Positions 9,226 through 18,314 of a stretch of 52,649 bases of DNA are shown piece by piece (the first letter of the stretch is position 1; each line of letters opens with the position of its first letter). Source of the stretch: an uncultured Rhodobiaceae bacterium (lineage in GTDB: Bacteria > Pseudomonadota > Alphaproteobacteria > MED-G09). Below the pieces are notes generated by a model. The model had not been told where the DNA came from. It saw only the letters and a program-made list of their open reading frames with translations, and searched no databases. The position numbers were made by a program, and so were the translations under genes. The DNA lies in NCBI GenBank assembly GCA_964557485.1, contig CAZLAN010000001.1:1-52649 (forward strand), in the 5' to 3' direction.

Positions 9226-9895
9226 GCCTTAAAGCATAGCCTGCTCCACGCTCAGTAAATAGCATTTGCTTTCCTTTAAATGGCTTATCAATCTTGGATC
9301 GAAGTCTTGATATATGAACATCAATTACATTGGTTTGAGGATCAAAATGATATTCCCAAACGCCTTCTAAAAGCATTGTCCTTGTTACAACTTGATTTGG
9401 TCTTCGCATAAGAAATTCTAGTAATTTGAATTCACGAGGTTGTAAATCAATTTCTTCCCCTTCTCTTTCCACCCTTCTGCTTAAAAGATCTAACTTTAAA
9501 TCTCCAACCTCTAAGAGATTAGAATTAGAATCAGGAAGGTTCCTTCTATTTAACGCTTCCAATCTCGCAAGTAATTCAGAAAAAGAAAAAGGTTTAGCTA
9601 GATAATCATCAGCTCCATGTTTTAAACCTTTTACTCTTTCATCTACTTCACCTAAAGCTGAAAGAATAAGTATAGGAGTGTCATTTTTATCTTCTCTTAC
9701 TTTTTTTATAAGACTAAGACCGTCTAACTTTGGAAGCATTCTATCTACAATTAAGACATCAAAATTTGAATCTAGAGCCATAAAAAGCCCTTCTTCACCA
9801 TCTGATGCCCTGTCAATGACATGTCCGCTCTCTTTCAAGCCCTTTATTAGGTATGAAGCAGCGTCATTATCATCTTCAATAAGTAAAATATGCAT
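9215..9895 (-). CDS. OmpR-family response regulator
   Basis: Receiver domain (ILLIEDD, VLIVDRMLPKLDG, ADDYLAKPF) plus a winged-helix C-terminus (VVTRTMLLEGVW, VDVHISRLRSKI, RGAGY). Overlaps the kinase gene by 11 nt. Confidence 0.9.
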   Translation of the reverse strand: MHILLIEDDNDAASYLIKGLKESGHVIDRASDGEEGLFMALDSNFDVLIVDRMLPKLDGLSLIKKVREDKNDTPILILSALGEVDERVKGLKHGADDYLAKPFSFSELLARLEALNRRNLPDSNSNLLEVGDLKLDLLSRRVEREGEEIDLQPREFKLLEFLMRRPNQVVTRTMLLEGVWEYHFDPQTNVIDVHISRLRSKIDKPFKGKQMLFTERGAGYALRHDE

Positions 9896-9954
9896 TTTAT
9901 CTCCTGAACCTAAGATAATTCAAATGTAATGCTTATGTCATTATTATTTTGTTA

Positions 9955-10005
9955 ATTTGACCACATTCTTATTTGGGGGAGGTTAAATAATAAATGTGGT
10001 CAAAT
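9955..10005. promoter_or_regulatory. Perfect 12-bp inverted repeat (ATTTGACCACAT, 27-nt spacer, ATGTGGTCAAAT) in a divergent intergenic region
   Basis: Read directly from the sequence. It lies between the response-regulator start (9895) and the CoA-transferase start (10097). The spacer contains TTTGGGGGAGG. Function unknown. Confidence 0.4.
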
Positions 10006-10096
10006 ATTTATTGTTAACTAATTATCTAATAGTTTCCTTTACCAATACATTTCTTTAGTATTAACTTTTTTTAATGTTCAACTAAGGAGAAATATT

Positions 10097-11281
10097 TTGG
10101 ATATTTTAAAAGGAATAAGAGTTTTAGATTTTGGACGATATATTGCAGGACCATACTGCGCTGCCCTTCTAGGAGATTTAGGAGCAGAGGTTATTAGGGT
10201 AGAAAGAATTGCTGGTTCAGAAGATCGTTATGTCCATCCTATTGATAACCCTAATGGTGAAGGCGCTATGTTCATGCAAATGAATAGGAATAAAAAGGGA
10301 ATTACGCTCAATCCTACAAAAGAAGGATCTCAGGAAATAGTAAAAAAGTTAGTTGAATCAGCTGATATTGTTGTTGCAAATCTTCCTCCTCAAACATTAA
10401 AGAAAATGGGAATAGATTATGAGACAATTTCTCAATACAACAAAAGTATAATCTTAACAACAGTTTCTGCCTTTGGTCATGGTGGTCCATATTCTGAGAG
10501 AGTTGGTTTTGATGGTGTAGGTCAAGCTATGTCTGGCGCAGCATATCTCACTGGACATGAAGAAGAGCCTGTTAAGGCTTACTCTCCTTATATAGATTAT
10601 GGAACAGCATCTTTAACTGCAATGGGAACTTTAGCAGCTATAATAGAGAGAGATAAAACTGGAAAGGGTCAAATAGTTGAAGGAGCTTTATTCGCAACTT
10701 CACTTGCCTTCATGAATACACATATTATAGAGCAAGCAGTAACAAAGAAAAACAGAAAAGCTATTGGGAATAAAAGCCCCTATGCCGGACCAGTTGATAT
10801 GGTAAAAACAAACGATGGATGGATAGTGGTTCAAGTTTTAGGTGATCCATTATTTATTAGATGGGCTAAATTAGTTGGGGCAGAAGAATTTATTGAAGAT
10901 GAAAGATTCTTAACAGATATAAAGAGAGGAGAAAATGGACAAGTTCTTAGTGATAAAACACAAGATTGGTGCAAGAATTTGACCTCAGAGGAGGCTTTAA
11001 AACTTTTAGCTGAAGCCCAAGTTCCAGCAGGACCAGTGAATAACCTTGAGGATGTTTTAAATGATCCACATGTCAAAAAAATGAATTTCTTTCAAGATAT
11101 TGATTACCAAGGATTGAAATCGCCTGCTCCCGTTATGGGATTGCCAATAAAGCTATCTAATTCAGATAATAAAATTAAGAAAAATCCACCTAAACTAGGA
11201 GAAGACACAGATAATATTCTTTTAGAATTAGGTTTTTCTAAAGATCAAATAGAATATTTTAGAAAGGAAAGAATTATTTAA
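10097..11281 (+). CDS. Family III CoA-transferase (CaiB/BaiF family)
   Basis: The N-terminus GIRVLDFGRYIAGPYCAALLGDLGAEVIRVE is the family hallmark. Later blocks are FMQMNRNKKGITLN and VVANLPP. TTG start with AAGGAG upstream. Confidence 0.85.
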   Translation: MDILKGIRVLDFGRYIAGPYCAALLGDLGAEVIRVERIAGSEDRYVHPIDNPNGEGAMFMQMNRNKKGITLNPTKEGSQEIVKKLVESADIVVANLPPQTLKKMGIDYETISQYNKSIILTTVSAFGHGGPYSERVGFDGVGQAMSGAAYLTGHEEEPVKAYSPYIDYGTASLTAMGTLAAIIERDKTGKGQIVEGALFATSLAFMNTHIIEQAVTKKNRKAIGNKSPYAGPVDMVKTNDGWIVVQVLGDPLFIRWAKLVGAEEFIEDERFLTDIKRGENGQVLSDKTQDWCKNLTSEEALKLLAEAQVPAGPVNNLEDVLNDPHVKKMNFFQDIDYQGLKSPAPVMGLPIKLSNSDNKIKKNPPKLGEDTDNILLELGFSKDQIEYFRKERII

Positions 11282-11991
11282 AAACCTATAAGATTAGTAA
11301 ACTCATCTATATCTGCTCTTTTGCTTCTAAAGGTGTTTATCGGGTCATTTTGATCTGCATATCCAATACCCATTCCACAAAATAACATTAATTCTTCAGG
11401 AATATTAAGAAATTTATTTACTGATTTATACCAAACAGCCCATGCCTCTTGAGGAGCAGTGTGTAAGCCTTCTTCACGAGCAAGTAACATTATAGATTGA
11501 ATAAACATACCTAAATCTGACCACTGCCCTTCCTGCATTTGACGATCAATTGCAAAAAAAATTGCGATCGGGGCTCCAAAAAAATCAAAATTCCTAATAA
11601 ATTGAGCCATTCTTCCCTTTTTATCTTCTTTTGGAATTTTTAAAACTTCATACATATCCCTTCCTACTTCCTTCCTTCTTGACTCATATGGTTCCTTTAA
11701 ATCACGAGGGTAAATATTATATTCTGTCCCCTCGCCCATGGGGTTTTTCTTTACTTTTTCTGAAATGTCTTTCTTGAATCTTTCTAATGGTTCCCCTGAA
11801 ACTATCCATAATCTCCATGGTTGTAAATTTCCTCCTGAAGCAGTTCTTCTCGCCTTTTTTATAATATTTAAAATAGTTTCTTTTTTAGGCTTTTTAGTTG
11901 TGAATGCTCTACAAGTTAATCTAGTATCAATGGCTTCACTTACTGTTAAAGCCTTCTTTGATAAATCATTCATTTTTTTATCCTCAATCAT
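11278..11991 (-). CDS. Nitroreductase-family flavoprotein
   Basis: RLTCRAFT, SGGNLQPWR, and C-terminal ALIGF-like blocks typical of the nitroreductase fold. Its start overlaps the upstream permease stop by 8 nt. Confidence 0.7.
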   Translation of the reverse strand: MIEDKKMNDLSKKALTVSEAIDTRLTCRAFTTKKPKKETILNIIKKARRTASGGNLQPWRLWIVSGEPLERFKKDISEKVKKNPMGEGTEYNIYPRDLKEPYESRRKEVGRDMYEVLKIPKEDKKGRMAQFIRNFDFFGAPIAIFFAIDRQMQEGQWSDLGMFIQSIMLLAREEGLHTAPQEAWAVWYKSVNKFLNIPEELMLFCGMGIGYADQNDPINTFRSKRADIDEFTNLIGF

Positions 11992-12763
11992 CTTTGGCGC
12001 TTTGGTGCCATTTTTTTAAAACATTATATTCTAATGCAGACATTAATAAAAAGAGAAAAACACCAAGAAAAACAAGTAAAATCAATGCAGAAAATAACTT
12101 AGATATATCTAATCTGTTTCCTGATTCAATTATAATCCATGACAAACCTGTTGAAGTGCCTGTTCCAGCTACAAACTCTGCAACTACAGCACCTATCAGT
12201 GCCAACCCTATAGAAGTCTTCATACCTGTTAATATAAAAGGAGTGGCAAATGGTAGATTTAGTTTTGTCAAAGTTTCCCATTTGGAAGCTTTGTTAATAA
12301 TAAAAAGTTCTTTTAGATTTTGATCTACAGAACGAAAACCTAAATTCGTATTAGCTAAAACCGGGAAGAAGGCAACAATTACAGATAAAATTAATATTGC
12401 GATTTGAGCATTATCAAGGCCTACCCATATTAATATCAATGGAGCTATAGCAACTACTGGTGTTACCTGAAAAATTACTGTAATTGGATAAAGAGATATT
12501 TCTAATATCTTCGATAAGGAAAATAAGATTGCTAAAAATATAGCTATAAATGTAGCAATCAGAAAAGCTAAAAAGGTTATTTTTAGTGTATTTAGAGTAG
12601 CTAAAATTAATTCATGAAAATTGGCAATTAAAGAAAGGAGAATATCACTTGGAGCAGGTAATATATAAAGAGGTACAGATAGTATATATACTAAATATTC
12701 CCAAATACAAAAAATTACTAATAAGGCAATAAAAGGAGATAAAAAATTGGTTAATTTATTCAT
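11984..12763 (-). CDS. ABC transporter permease (NitT/TauT-type)
   Basis: About six hydrophobic helices. EAA-like loop region LKELFIINKASKWETLTKLNLPFATPFILTGMK. Confidence 0.85.
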   Translation of the reverse strand: MNKLTNFLSPFIALLVIFCIWEYLVYILSVPLYILPAPSDILLSLIANFHELILATLNTLKITFLAFLIATFIAIFLAILFSLSKILEISLYPITVIFQVTPVVAIAPLILIWVGLDNAQIAILILSVIVAFFPVLANTNLGFRSVDQNLKELFIINKASKWETLTKLNLPFATPFILTGMKTSIGLALIGAVVAEFVAGTGTSTGLSWIIIESGNRLDISKLFSALILLVFLGVFLFLLMSALEYNVLKKWHQSAKDD

Positions 12764-13490
12764 TTTCCATGCCTTCTTCTAATCGTTTAAAAATATGATT
12801 ATTTATTTCTTGGTATTGATTACTTTCTTGAAATTCCTTTCTTGAGCCAGAATAATCAATATTCTCTTCATATATAATTTGACCCGGATTATTAGATAAA
12901 ACAATTATTCTCTCAGATAAATAAATAGCCTCAGAAACTGAATGTGTTACGAATAAAACTGTAAATCTTTCCTTCTCCCAAATACTTAAAAGATCATTCT
13001 CAAGCTTATTACGAGTAATCTCATCTAAAGCTGCAAAAGGTTCATCCAAAAGAAGTAAATCACACCCTTGAACTAAAGCTCTAGCAATAGAAACTCTCAT
13101 TTTTTGTCCTCCAGATAATTCATTTGGAAAGCTATTTTCTTTTCCAGAAAGACCAACATTCTTTAACCATTCTTTTGCAGTATCTATACTAGATTTATTA
13201 ATATCCTCATTTAATTCCAAAGGAAGCAGCACATTATTTAATACATTTCTCCATGGCATTAGCGTTGGTTCTTGAAATACAAATCCAATTACTGGACTTT
13301 TGCTTTTTTTATATTCCACCTTACCTTTCGATGGCTCTAAGATTTTAGACGCCAGACGAAGAATAGTTGATTTTCCAGAACCTGAAGGACCTAAGATTGA
13401 CAAAAACTCACCCTCTCTAACATTTAAATTAATATTTGATAGAATTTCTTTATCAAACTTCTTATGAATACCTGAAAAATTTAACATCAC
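12756..13490 (-). CDS. ABC transporter ATP-binding protein
   Basis: Walker A GPSGSGKST, signature LSGGQKMRV, Walker B LLLLDEPF, and H-loop VTHS. Confidence 0.92.
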   Translation of the reverse strand: MMLNFSGIHKKFDKEILSNINLNVREGEFLSILGPSGSGKSTILRLASKILEPSKGKVEYKKSKSPVIGFVFQEPTLMPWRNVLNNVLLPLELNEDINKSSIDTAKEWLKNVGLSGKENSFPNELSGGQKMRVSIARALVQGCDLLLLDEPFAALDEITRNKLENDLLSIWEKERFTVLFVTHSVSEAIYLSERIIVLSNNPGQIIYEENIDYSGSRKEFQESNQYQEINNHIFKRLEEGMENE

Positions 13491-14503
13491 TTTTTTTTAT
13501 TTATAAACTCAAGCGTAAAAGAGTCTTCCCAGTTTAAATCTTTTTTATAAATATTATTATTCGACATTATTGTAAAAAATTCTTTCCATCTTTCATTTGT
13601 CATTGACCCTATATCACTATAATCAGACAAATTTGAAATTAAATTATATTTTTTAATCTTTTCAATTGCCTGCAAAAGAATTTCTTCTTTCATTTCTGGA
13701 TTAGATTTAAGAATTAAGCTATTACCTGCTTCAGAATTATCATATATATACTTTCTCCATCCAACTATTGTTGCCTCAACAAATGCCTTAACTATTTCAG
13801 GTTTTTCCTTAATAATATCGTTCCTAGCTAAAATCATTGCTCCGTAACTTGGATATCCATAATCAGAAAGTAGATAAACCTTTGGCGAAACCCCCAACTC
13901 TTTCTCTATAAGAAATGGCTCAGAAGTCAAATAACCTTGCTGAATAGCATTCTTATTAACTAAGAACGGAGCAAGACTAAATGTTTTTTTGCGGATCTGC
14001 TTATCACTAAAAGAATATTTAGATTTTAACCATATCCAGAAAGCCCCTATACTTGCATCAGAGATCATAATCGGTTTACCTTTCATTTCCTCTAAGCTCT
14101 TAATTTTTGAAGATGAATGAGTCATAATAATTTGTGGATCTTTTTGAAAAGAGGCCATAACTGACTTAGCTGGTATTTGATTAGCAAGTATATTTAGCGG
14201 GATAAAGCTATTCGAACCCATTCCGAATTCTATTTCTTTTGCTGCAAGTAATCGGGGAATGTTAATATTTGAATTACCTTGAATGATTTTTACATCCAAT
14301 CCTCTTTTTTCATATAAACCAAGAGCTAATGCATGATAAAAACCGCCCTGCTCTGCCTGTGCCCTCCAATCTGTTGCAAACCGAATTTTTACTAATTCTT
14401 TTTCCTTGGAAAGATTATCTAAATCTTGTGCTTGTATATCTACAGACAAATAAATCACAAGAAATAGTAAACTATATGAAATTTTATATAATTTCTTAAT
14501 CAT
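13487..14503 (-). CDS. ABC transporter substrate-binding protein (NMT1/THI5-like)
   Basis: Signal peptide, then RFATDWRAQAEQGGFYHALALGLYEKRGLDV, typical of NMT1/THI5-like binding proteins of NitT/TauT systems. Confidence 0.75.
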   Translation of the reverse strand: MIKKLYKISYSLLFLVIYLSVDIQAQDLDNLSKEKELVKIRFATDWRAQAEQGGFYHALALGLYEKRGLDVKIIQGNSNINIPRLLAAKEIEFGMGSNSFIPLNILANQIPAKSVMASFQKDPQIIMTHSSSKIKSLEEMKGKPIMISDASIGAFWIWLKSKYSFSDKQIRKKTFSLAPFLVNKNAIQQGYLTSEPFLIEKELGVSPKVYLLSDYGYPSYGAMILARNDIIKEKPEIVKAFVEATIVGWRKYIYDNSEAGNSLILKSNPEMKEEILLQAIEKIKKYNLISNLSDYSDIGSMTNERWKEFFTIMSNNNIYKKDLNWEDSFTLEFINKKK

Positions 14504-15335
14504 CTAGACCTATGAGTATTGTTGGTATATTTAACGGTGCATTTCTAATGGTAGAAACTAATGTTCCCGGCTTTCTTCCCTTTCTTATTTCAGAAAGATC
14601 AAAATTAGATTCTGATAATCTCTTATGGCAAAATCTCATATTTTCTGTATGCCAGCCAATTCCACCAAAAAAAGTTCCTTCATTTTCTTTATTCTCAACC
14701 ACCTCAATTGTTACGGCTCCAATCCTAAAGAACATCATTCTGATCTTACCATTACCAAAATCAAATTCTTTATCTAAAGCACACCTAATATCAAGATCTT
14801 CCATCAATAATTTTTTTAAATTATTTGATTCTGAGGTATATATGACAACTTGATTAAATTTCGTAATTTGATCATCTTCGTAATGTATATCATTTTTCAA
14901 AAAAAGGTTGTTCTCTTCAAATATCATTAAATCCAAACCATATTTATTTTCTTTTATAATGGTAAAAAATAATATTTCTATTATCGATTCTTCAGCATTA
15001 ATAAATTCCTTCTTTTTTATTTTAGAGACTTTTAAACCCTTCCTCTTAAAGTTTTCTAAGTCATCTTCAATATTGTCAGATTGAAATGATAAAGCCTTAA
15101 TCCCATTTTCTCGGTTAAAATTATTCATATCAAAATCATAAAATGAATCCGAATCTTCATTGATTTCACATAAATTTATTTCTCCATTTAATAACTTTAT
15201 AAATGAAGTATTAATTTTATCCTTGTTATCAAAAAATTCTTCTGAACAATTATTTCCAATAAGGTTTATAAATTTATCTCTATCTGTTTTTATATTATTA
15301 GATGAAATTATTGCGCTTTTAAATTTTGTTAACAT
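14496..15335 (-). CDS. Hypothetical protein, possibly a two-domain VOC (glyoxalase-fold) protein
   Basis: First gene of the ABC operon, with an 8-nt overlap to the binding-protein gene. There is only weak by-eye resemblance to VOC repeats (GIKALSFQSDNIEDDLENFKRKGLKV; VTIEVVE...GGIGWHT...FDLSEIRKGRKPGT). Very N/K/E/D-rich. Confidence 0.35.
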   Translation of the reverse strand: MLTKFKSAIISSNNIKTDRDKFINLIGNNCSEEFFDNKDKINTSFIKLLNGEINLCEINEDSDSFYDFDMNNFNRENGIKALSFQSDNIEDDLENFKRKGLKVSKIKKKEFINAEESIIEILFFTIIKENKYGLDLMIFEENNLFLKNDIHYEDDQITKFNQVVIYTSESNNLKKLLMEDLDIRCALDKEFDFGNGKIRMMFFRIGAVTIEVVENKENEGTFFGGIGWHTENMRFCHKRLSESNFDLSEIRKGRKPGTLVSTIRNAPLNIPTILIGLDD

Positions 15336-15398
15336 TTCGTTTATCTTTATTGAGTAATTCTTTCTTTAATAAATAAATTTAATTGGTAAAATTATAAC

Positions 15399-16805
15399 AT
15401 GAAGATAAGTATCATCAAAAAAATTGAAAATATTATTGGCAAAAAGAATCTTTTACTTTCTGAAGAGGAAAAAAGAAAATATCTCACGGAATGGAGAGAT
15501 AGATATCATGGAAAAGCAAAAGGTATCTTAAAGCCGAAAAATATCAAAGAAATATCTTCTCTTATGAAGATACTTCATAAAGAAAAAATTTCAATAATAC
15601 CGCAAGGGGGGAACACAGGTCTTGTTGGTGGACAAATATCCTATTCAGAAGAACATTTCATTCTATCTTTAGAAAGGATGAATAAATTAATAAATATCAA
15701 TTTATTAGATCAATCAATTACCATTCAATCTGGGATGATACTTTCAGAAATTCAAAGGATTTGTGATGATAAGGATATGCTATTTCCTTTATCACTTGCA
15801 TCTGAAGGAAGTTGCACTATTGGCGGTAATATTGCTACAAATGCTGGTGGTGTTGCCGTCTTGTATTATGGAAATACCAGAGACTTTACCTTAGGTTTGC
15901 AAATTGTTCTTGCTGATGGAACAGTAATTGATTCACTTAAAACATTAAAAAAGGATAACACAGGCTATTCAATTAAAGACTTGTTCATAGGATCAGAAGG
16001 AACTTTAGGAATAATAACCGCTGCTAGTATGAAAATATTTCCTAAACCTAAAGATAAATTTACATTCTTTTGTTCAATAAAAAATCCAAAAAATTCAATC
16101 GAACTTCTTAGATTTTTACAAAAAAATATTTCTACTCCTTTAACTGCATTTGAGTTGATGAATAACGCTTCTATTAAGATTGTTTTAGGAAGAAAGTATG
16201 GCTCAGAACTGCCTATTAAAAAGAAAAGTAAATGGTATGTATTATTTGAGTTTTCAAAAATAGATGAAGATAAGGATTTAATAGACACAATTCAGTCGCA
16301 AATTGCTGTTACGCAAAATAATAAATTAATTAATGAAATAATTTTTGCAAATTCACTTAATCAATCGAAGTTTCTATGGAAAATAAGAGATAATATTTCT
16401 GAGGCACAAAAGAAATATGGCTCAAGTATTAAAAATGATTTTTCTGTTCCAATCTTTTCTATTAATGAGTTCATACAAGAAGCAGATAAGATAGTTAAAG
16501 ATATTATACCTGGAGCAAAAAATATTACATTTGGGCATGTTGGTGATGGTAATATTCATTATAATATATCCCAGCCTAAGAATTTAAGTTCTAGAGAATT
16601 CCTTTCTTTAGAAAAAGAATTAAGATCACACCTCTTAGTTCTTGTAAAAAAATACAATGGATCTTTTAGCGCAGAACACGGAATTGGTTTAATTAGAAAA
16701 AAAGATGCAAAAAAATTTAAAAAAGATGAAATCAAATTAATGAAAAATATTAAAAAAGCATTAGACCCAAAAAATATACTAAACCCAGGGAAGATTTTTG
16801 ATTAA
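15399..16805 (+). CDS. FAD-linked oxidase (GlcD / D-2-hydroxyacid dehydrogenase family)
   Basis: FAD_binding_4 blocks IIPQGGNTGLVGG, TIGGNIATNAGG and LFIGSEGTLGIIT. C-terminal FSAEHGIG and ALDPKNILNPGK. Confidence 0.88.
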   Translation: MKISIIKKIENIIGKKNLLLSEEEKRKYLTEWRDRYHGKAKGILKPKNIKEISSLMKILHKEKISIIPQGGNTGLVGGQISYSEEHFILSLERMNKLININLLDQSITIQSGMILSEIQRICDDKDMLFPLSLASEGSCTIGGNIATNAGGVAVLYYGNTRDFTLGLQIVLADGTVIDSLKTLKKDNTGYSIKDLFIGSEGTLGIITAASMKIFPKPKDKFTFFCSIKNPKNSIELLRFLQKNISTPLTAFELMNNASIKIVLGRKYGSELPIKKKSKWYVLFEFSKIDEDKDLIDTIQSQIAVTQNNKLINEIIFANSLNQSKFLWKIRDNISEAQKKYGSSIKNDFSVPIFSINEFIQEADKIVKDIIPGAKNITFGHVGDGNIHYNISQPKNLSSREFLSLEKELRSHLLVLVKKYNGSFSAEHGIGLIRKKDAKKFKKDEIKLMKNIKKALDPKNILNPGKIFD

Positions 16806-16808
16806 ATA

Positions 16809-17279
16809 TTAACTTACAGGAACACCTGGTAAATATTTTGACTGACGAATGGTAAGAGATGTTTTTACACTAGCAACATTTGGAGCAGAAGTTAGTTCAT
16901 TAGTTAAGAAATTCTGAAAACTTGATAAATCTGGCGCGACACATTTAAGGATAAAATCTATTTCTCCATTCAGCATATGACACTCTCTTACATAATCAAG
17001 GTTTCCTACATGTTCTTCAAAAGACAATAAATCTGATTCTGCCTGGTTATGAAGTCCCACCATTGCAAAAACAATTACCTCAAAACCAAGCTTACTGGGG
17101 TCAATTTCAGCATGATAACCCCTAATATATCCATTCTCTTGAAGAGCCTTAACCCTTCTCAAGCAAGGAGGTGCAGAAAGGTCAACGGATTCAGCTAATT
17201 CAACATTAGTTGTCCTTCCGTCTTCTTGAAGTTTACTAAGTATTTTTAAATCAATAAAATCTAAATTATCCCGTTTCAT
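16809..17279 (-). CDS. Lrp/AsnC-family transcriptional regulator
   Basis: LDFIDLKILSKLQEDGRTTNVELAESVDLSAPPCLRRVKALQENGYI is a canonical AsnC HTH. I place the start at the ATG at 17279 (MKRDN) rather than the TTG at 17315 used by the ORF track. Confidence 0.85.
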   Translation of the reverse strand: MKRDNLDFIDLKILSKLQEDGRTTNVELAESVDLSAPPCLRRVKALQENGYIRGYHAEIDPSKLGFEVIVFAMVGLHNQAESDLLSFEEHVGNLDYVRECHMLNGEIDFILKCVAPDLSSFQNFLTNELTSAPNVASVKTSLTIRQSKYLPGVPVS

Positions 17280-17336
17280 AGAATTTATGTTATAGATTAT
17301 ATTATAAATACGCAAGATTATTACAAAGAACTAGAA

Positions 17337-18278
17337 ATGGACAAAGAAAATACTAAAATAAAAAATTGTTGGATAATCTCTTCGGGTTTAATTGGATGCG
17401 AAAATCAATGTTTTGGAATTACAGAACGAATGGGCATCAAGGCAGATTTAAAAAGAATCAATCCATCTAAAAGTCTCTCAATACTTGCACCCTATGGAAA
17501 ACCAATATTTAATAAACAATTAACTGAACCTTGGCCCGATATAGCTATTTCCGCAGGCAGAAGAACGGTGCCTTATCTAAGATATATAAGAAAAAAATCC
17601 AAACAAAAGTGTAAAACTATCTATCTTCAAGACCCTAAAATTAACTCAAAAGAATTTGATATTGTTTGGGCCCCTGCCCATGATCGTATTGAAGGGGATA
17701 ATGTTATAAAAACAATAACCTCTCCAAATAGAGTAAGTGAAAACTTACTTAACCAAGCGCATAATGAATGGAATAATACTTTTTCAAAATTTTCTAAACC
17801 ATTAGCAGGTTTTCTAATTGGCGGAGTTAGTAAAGCATACAATTTTGGTGATATTGAATGTAATAAAGTTCTAAATTCTATTAATACCGCATTAAAAAAT
17901 GGCTGGACTCCTATAATAACTTTATCAAGAAGAACACCTAAATACTTGGCTGATAAAATAAAAAAAATATTAAAAAATAAGGATTACCTTCTTTTTGATG
18001 ATGATGGACCCAATCCTTATTTTGCAATTTTAAAATATTCAGATGTAATAATCCTTACTCCTGATTCAGCAAATATGATTAGTGAAGCTTTAGCAGTACC
18101 TAAACCAATATATTTTATAAATATGAAAAGTAATTCTAAAAGATTTGAGAAGTTTATAAAATCTTTAGTAGAATCAAATCATATTAAACCTTTACAAGAA
18201 AAATTAGAAGTTTATGAAAATAAGAAATTGGATGCAACGCAAGAAGTAGTTGACTACATATATAAGAATCTCTTTTAA
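17337..18278 (+). CDS. ELM1 (mitochondrial-fission ELM1 / DUF1022) family protein
   Basis: The N-terminal W-I-I-S-x-G-x-x-G-C-E-N-Q-C-x-G pattern, the size, and the later IGG...SRRTP block resemble the alphaproteobacterial ELM1 family. Recognised by eye only. Confidence 0.55.
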   Translation: MDKENTKIKNCWIISSGLIGCENQCFGITERMGIKADLKRINPSKSLSILAPYGKPIFNKQLTEPWPDIAISAGRRTVPYLRYIRKKSKQKCKTIYLQDPKINSKEFDIVWAPAHDRIEGDNVIKTITSPNRVSENLLNQAHNEWNNTFSKFSKPLAGFLIGGVSKAYNFGDIECNKVLNSINTALKNGWTPIITLSRRTPKYLADKIKKILKNKDYLLFDDDGPNPYFAILKYSDVIILTPDSANMISEALAVPKPIYFINMKSNSKRFEKFIKSLVESNHIKPLQEKLEVYENKKLDATQEVVDYIYKNLF

Positions 18279-18314
18279 GTATATTATAGCAATTACTTTA
18301 TATAAAATGATAGA

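Noticed and set aside
15336-15398. A TPP or other riboswitch ahead of the THI5/NMT1-like ABC operon. I also looked for a glycine riboswitch ahead of ALA synthase (50339-50453) and an FMN riboswitch near ribF.
   Set aside because: The leaders are only 63-115 nt, almost pure A/T, and lack the conserved cores (for example CTGAGA with ACCTGA for TPP). ribF has no leader at all because it is 5 nt from ileS.
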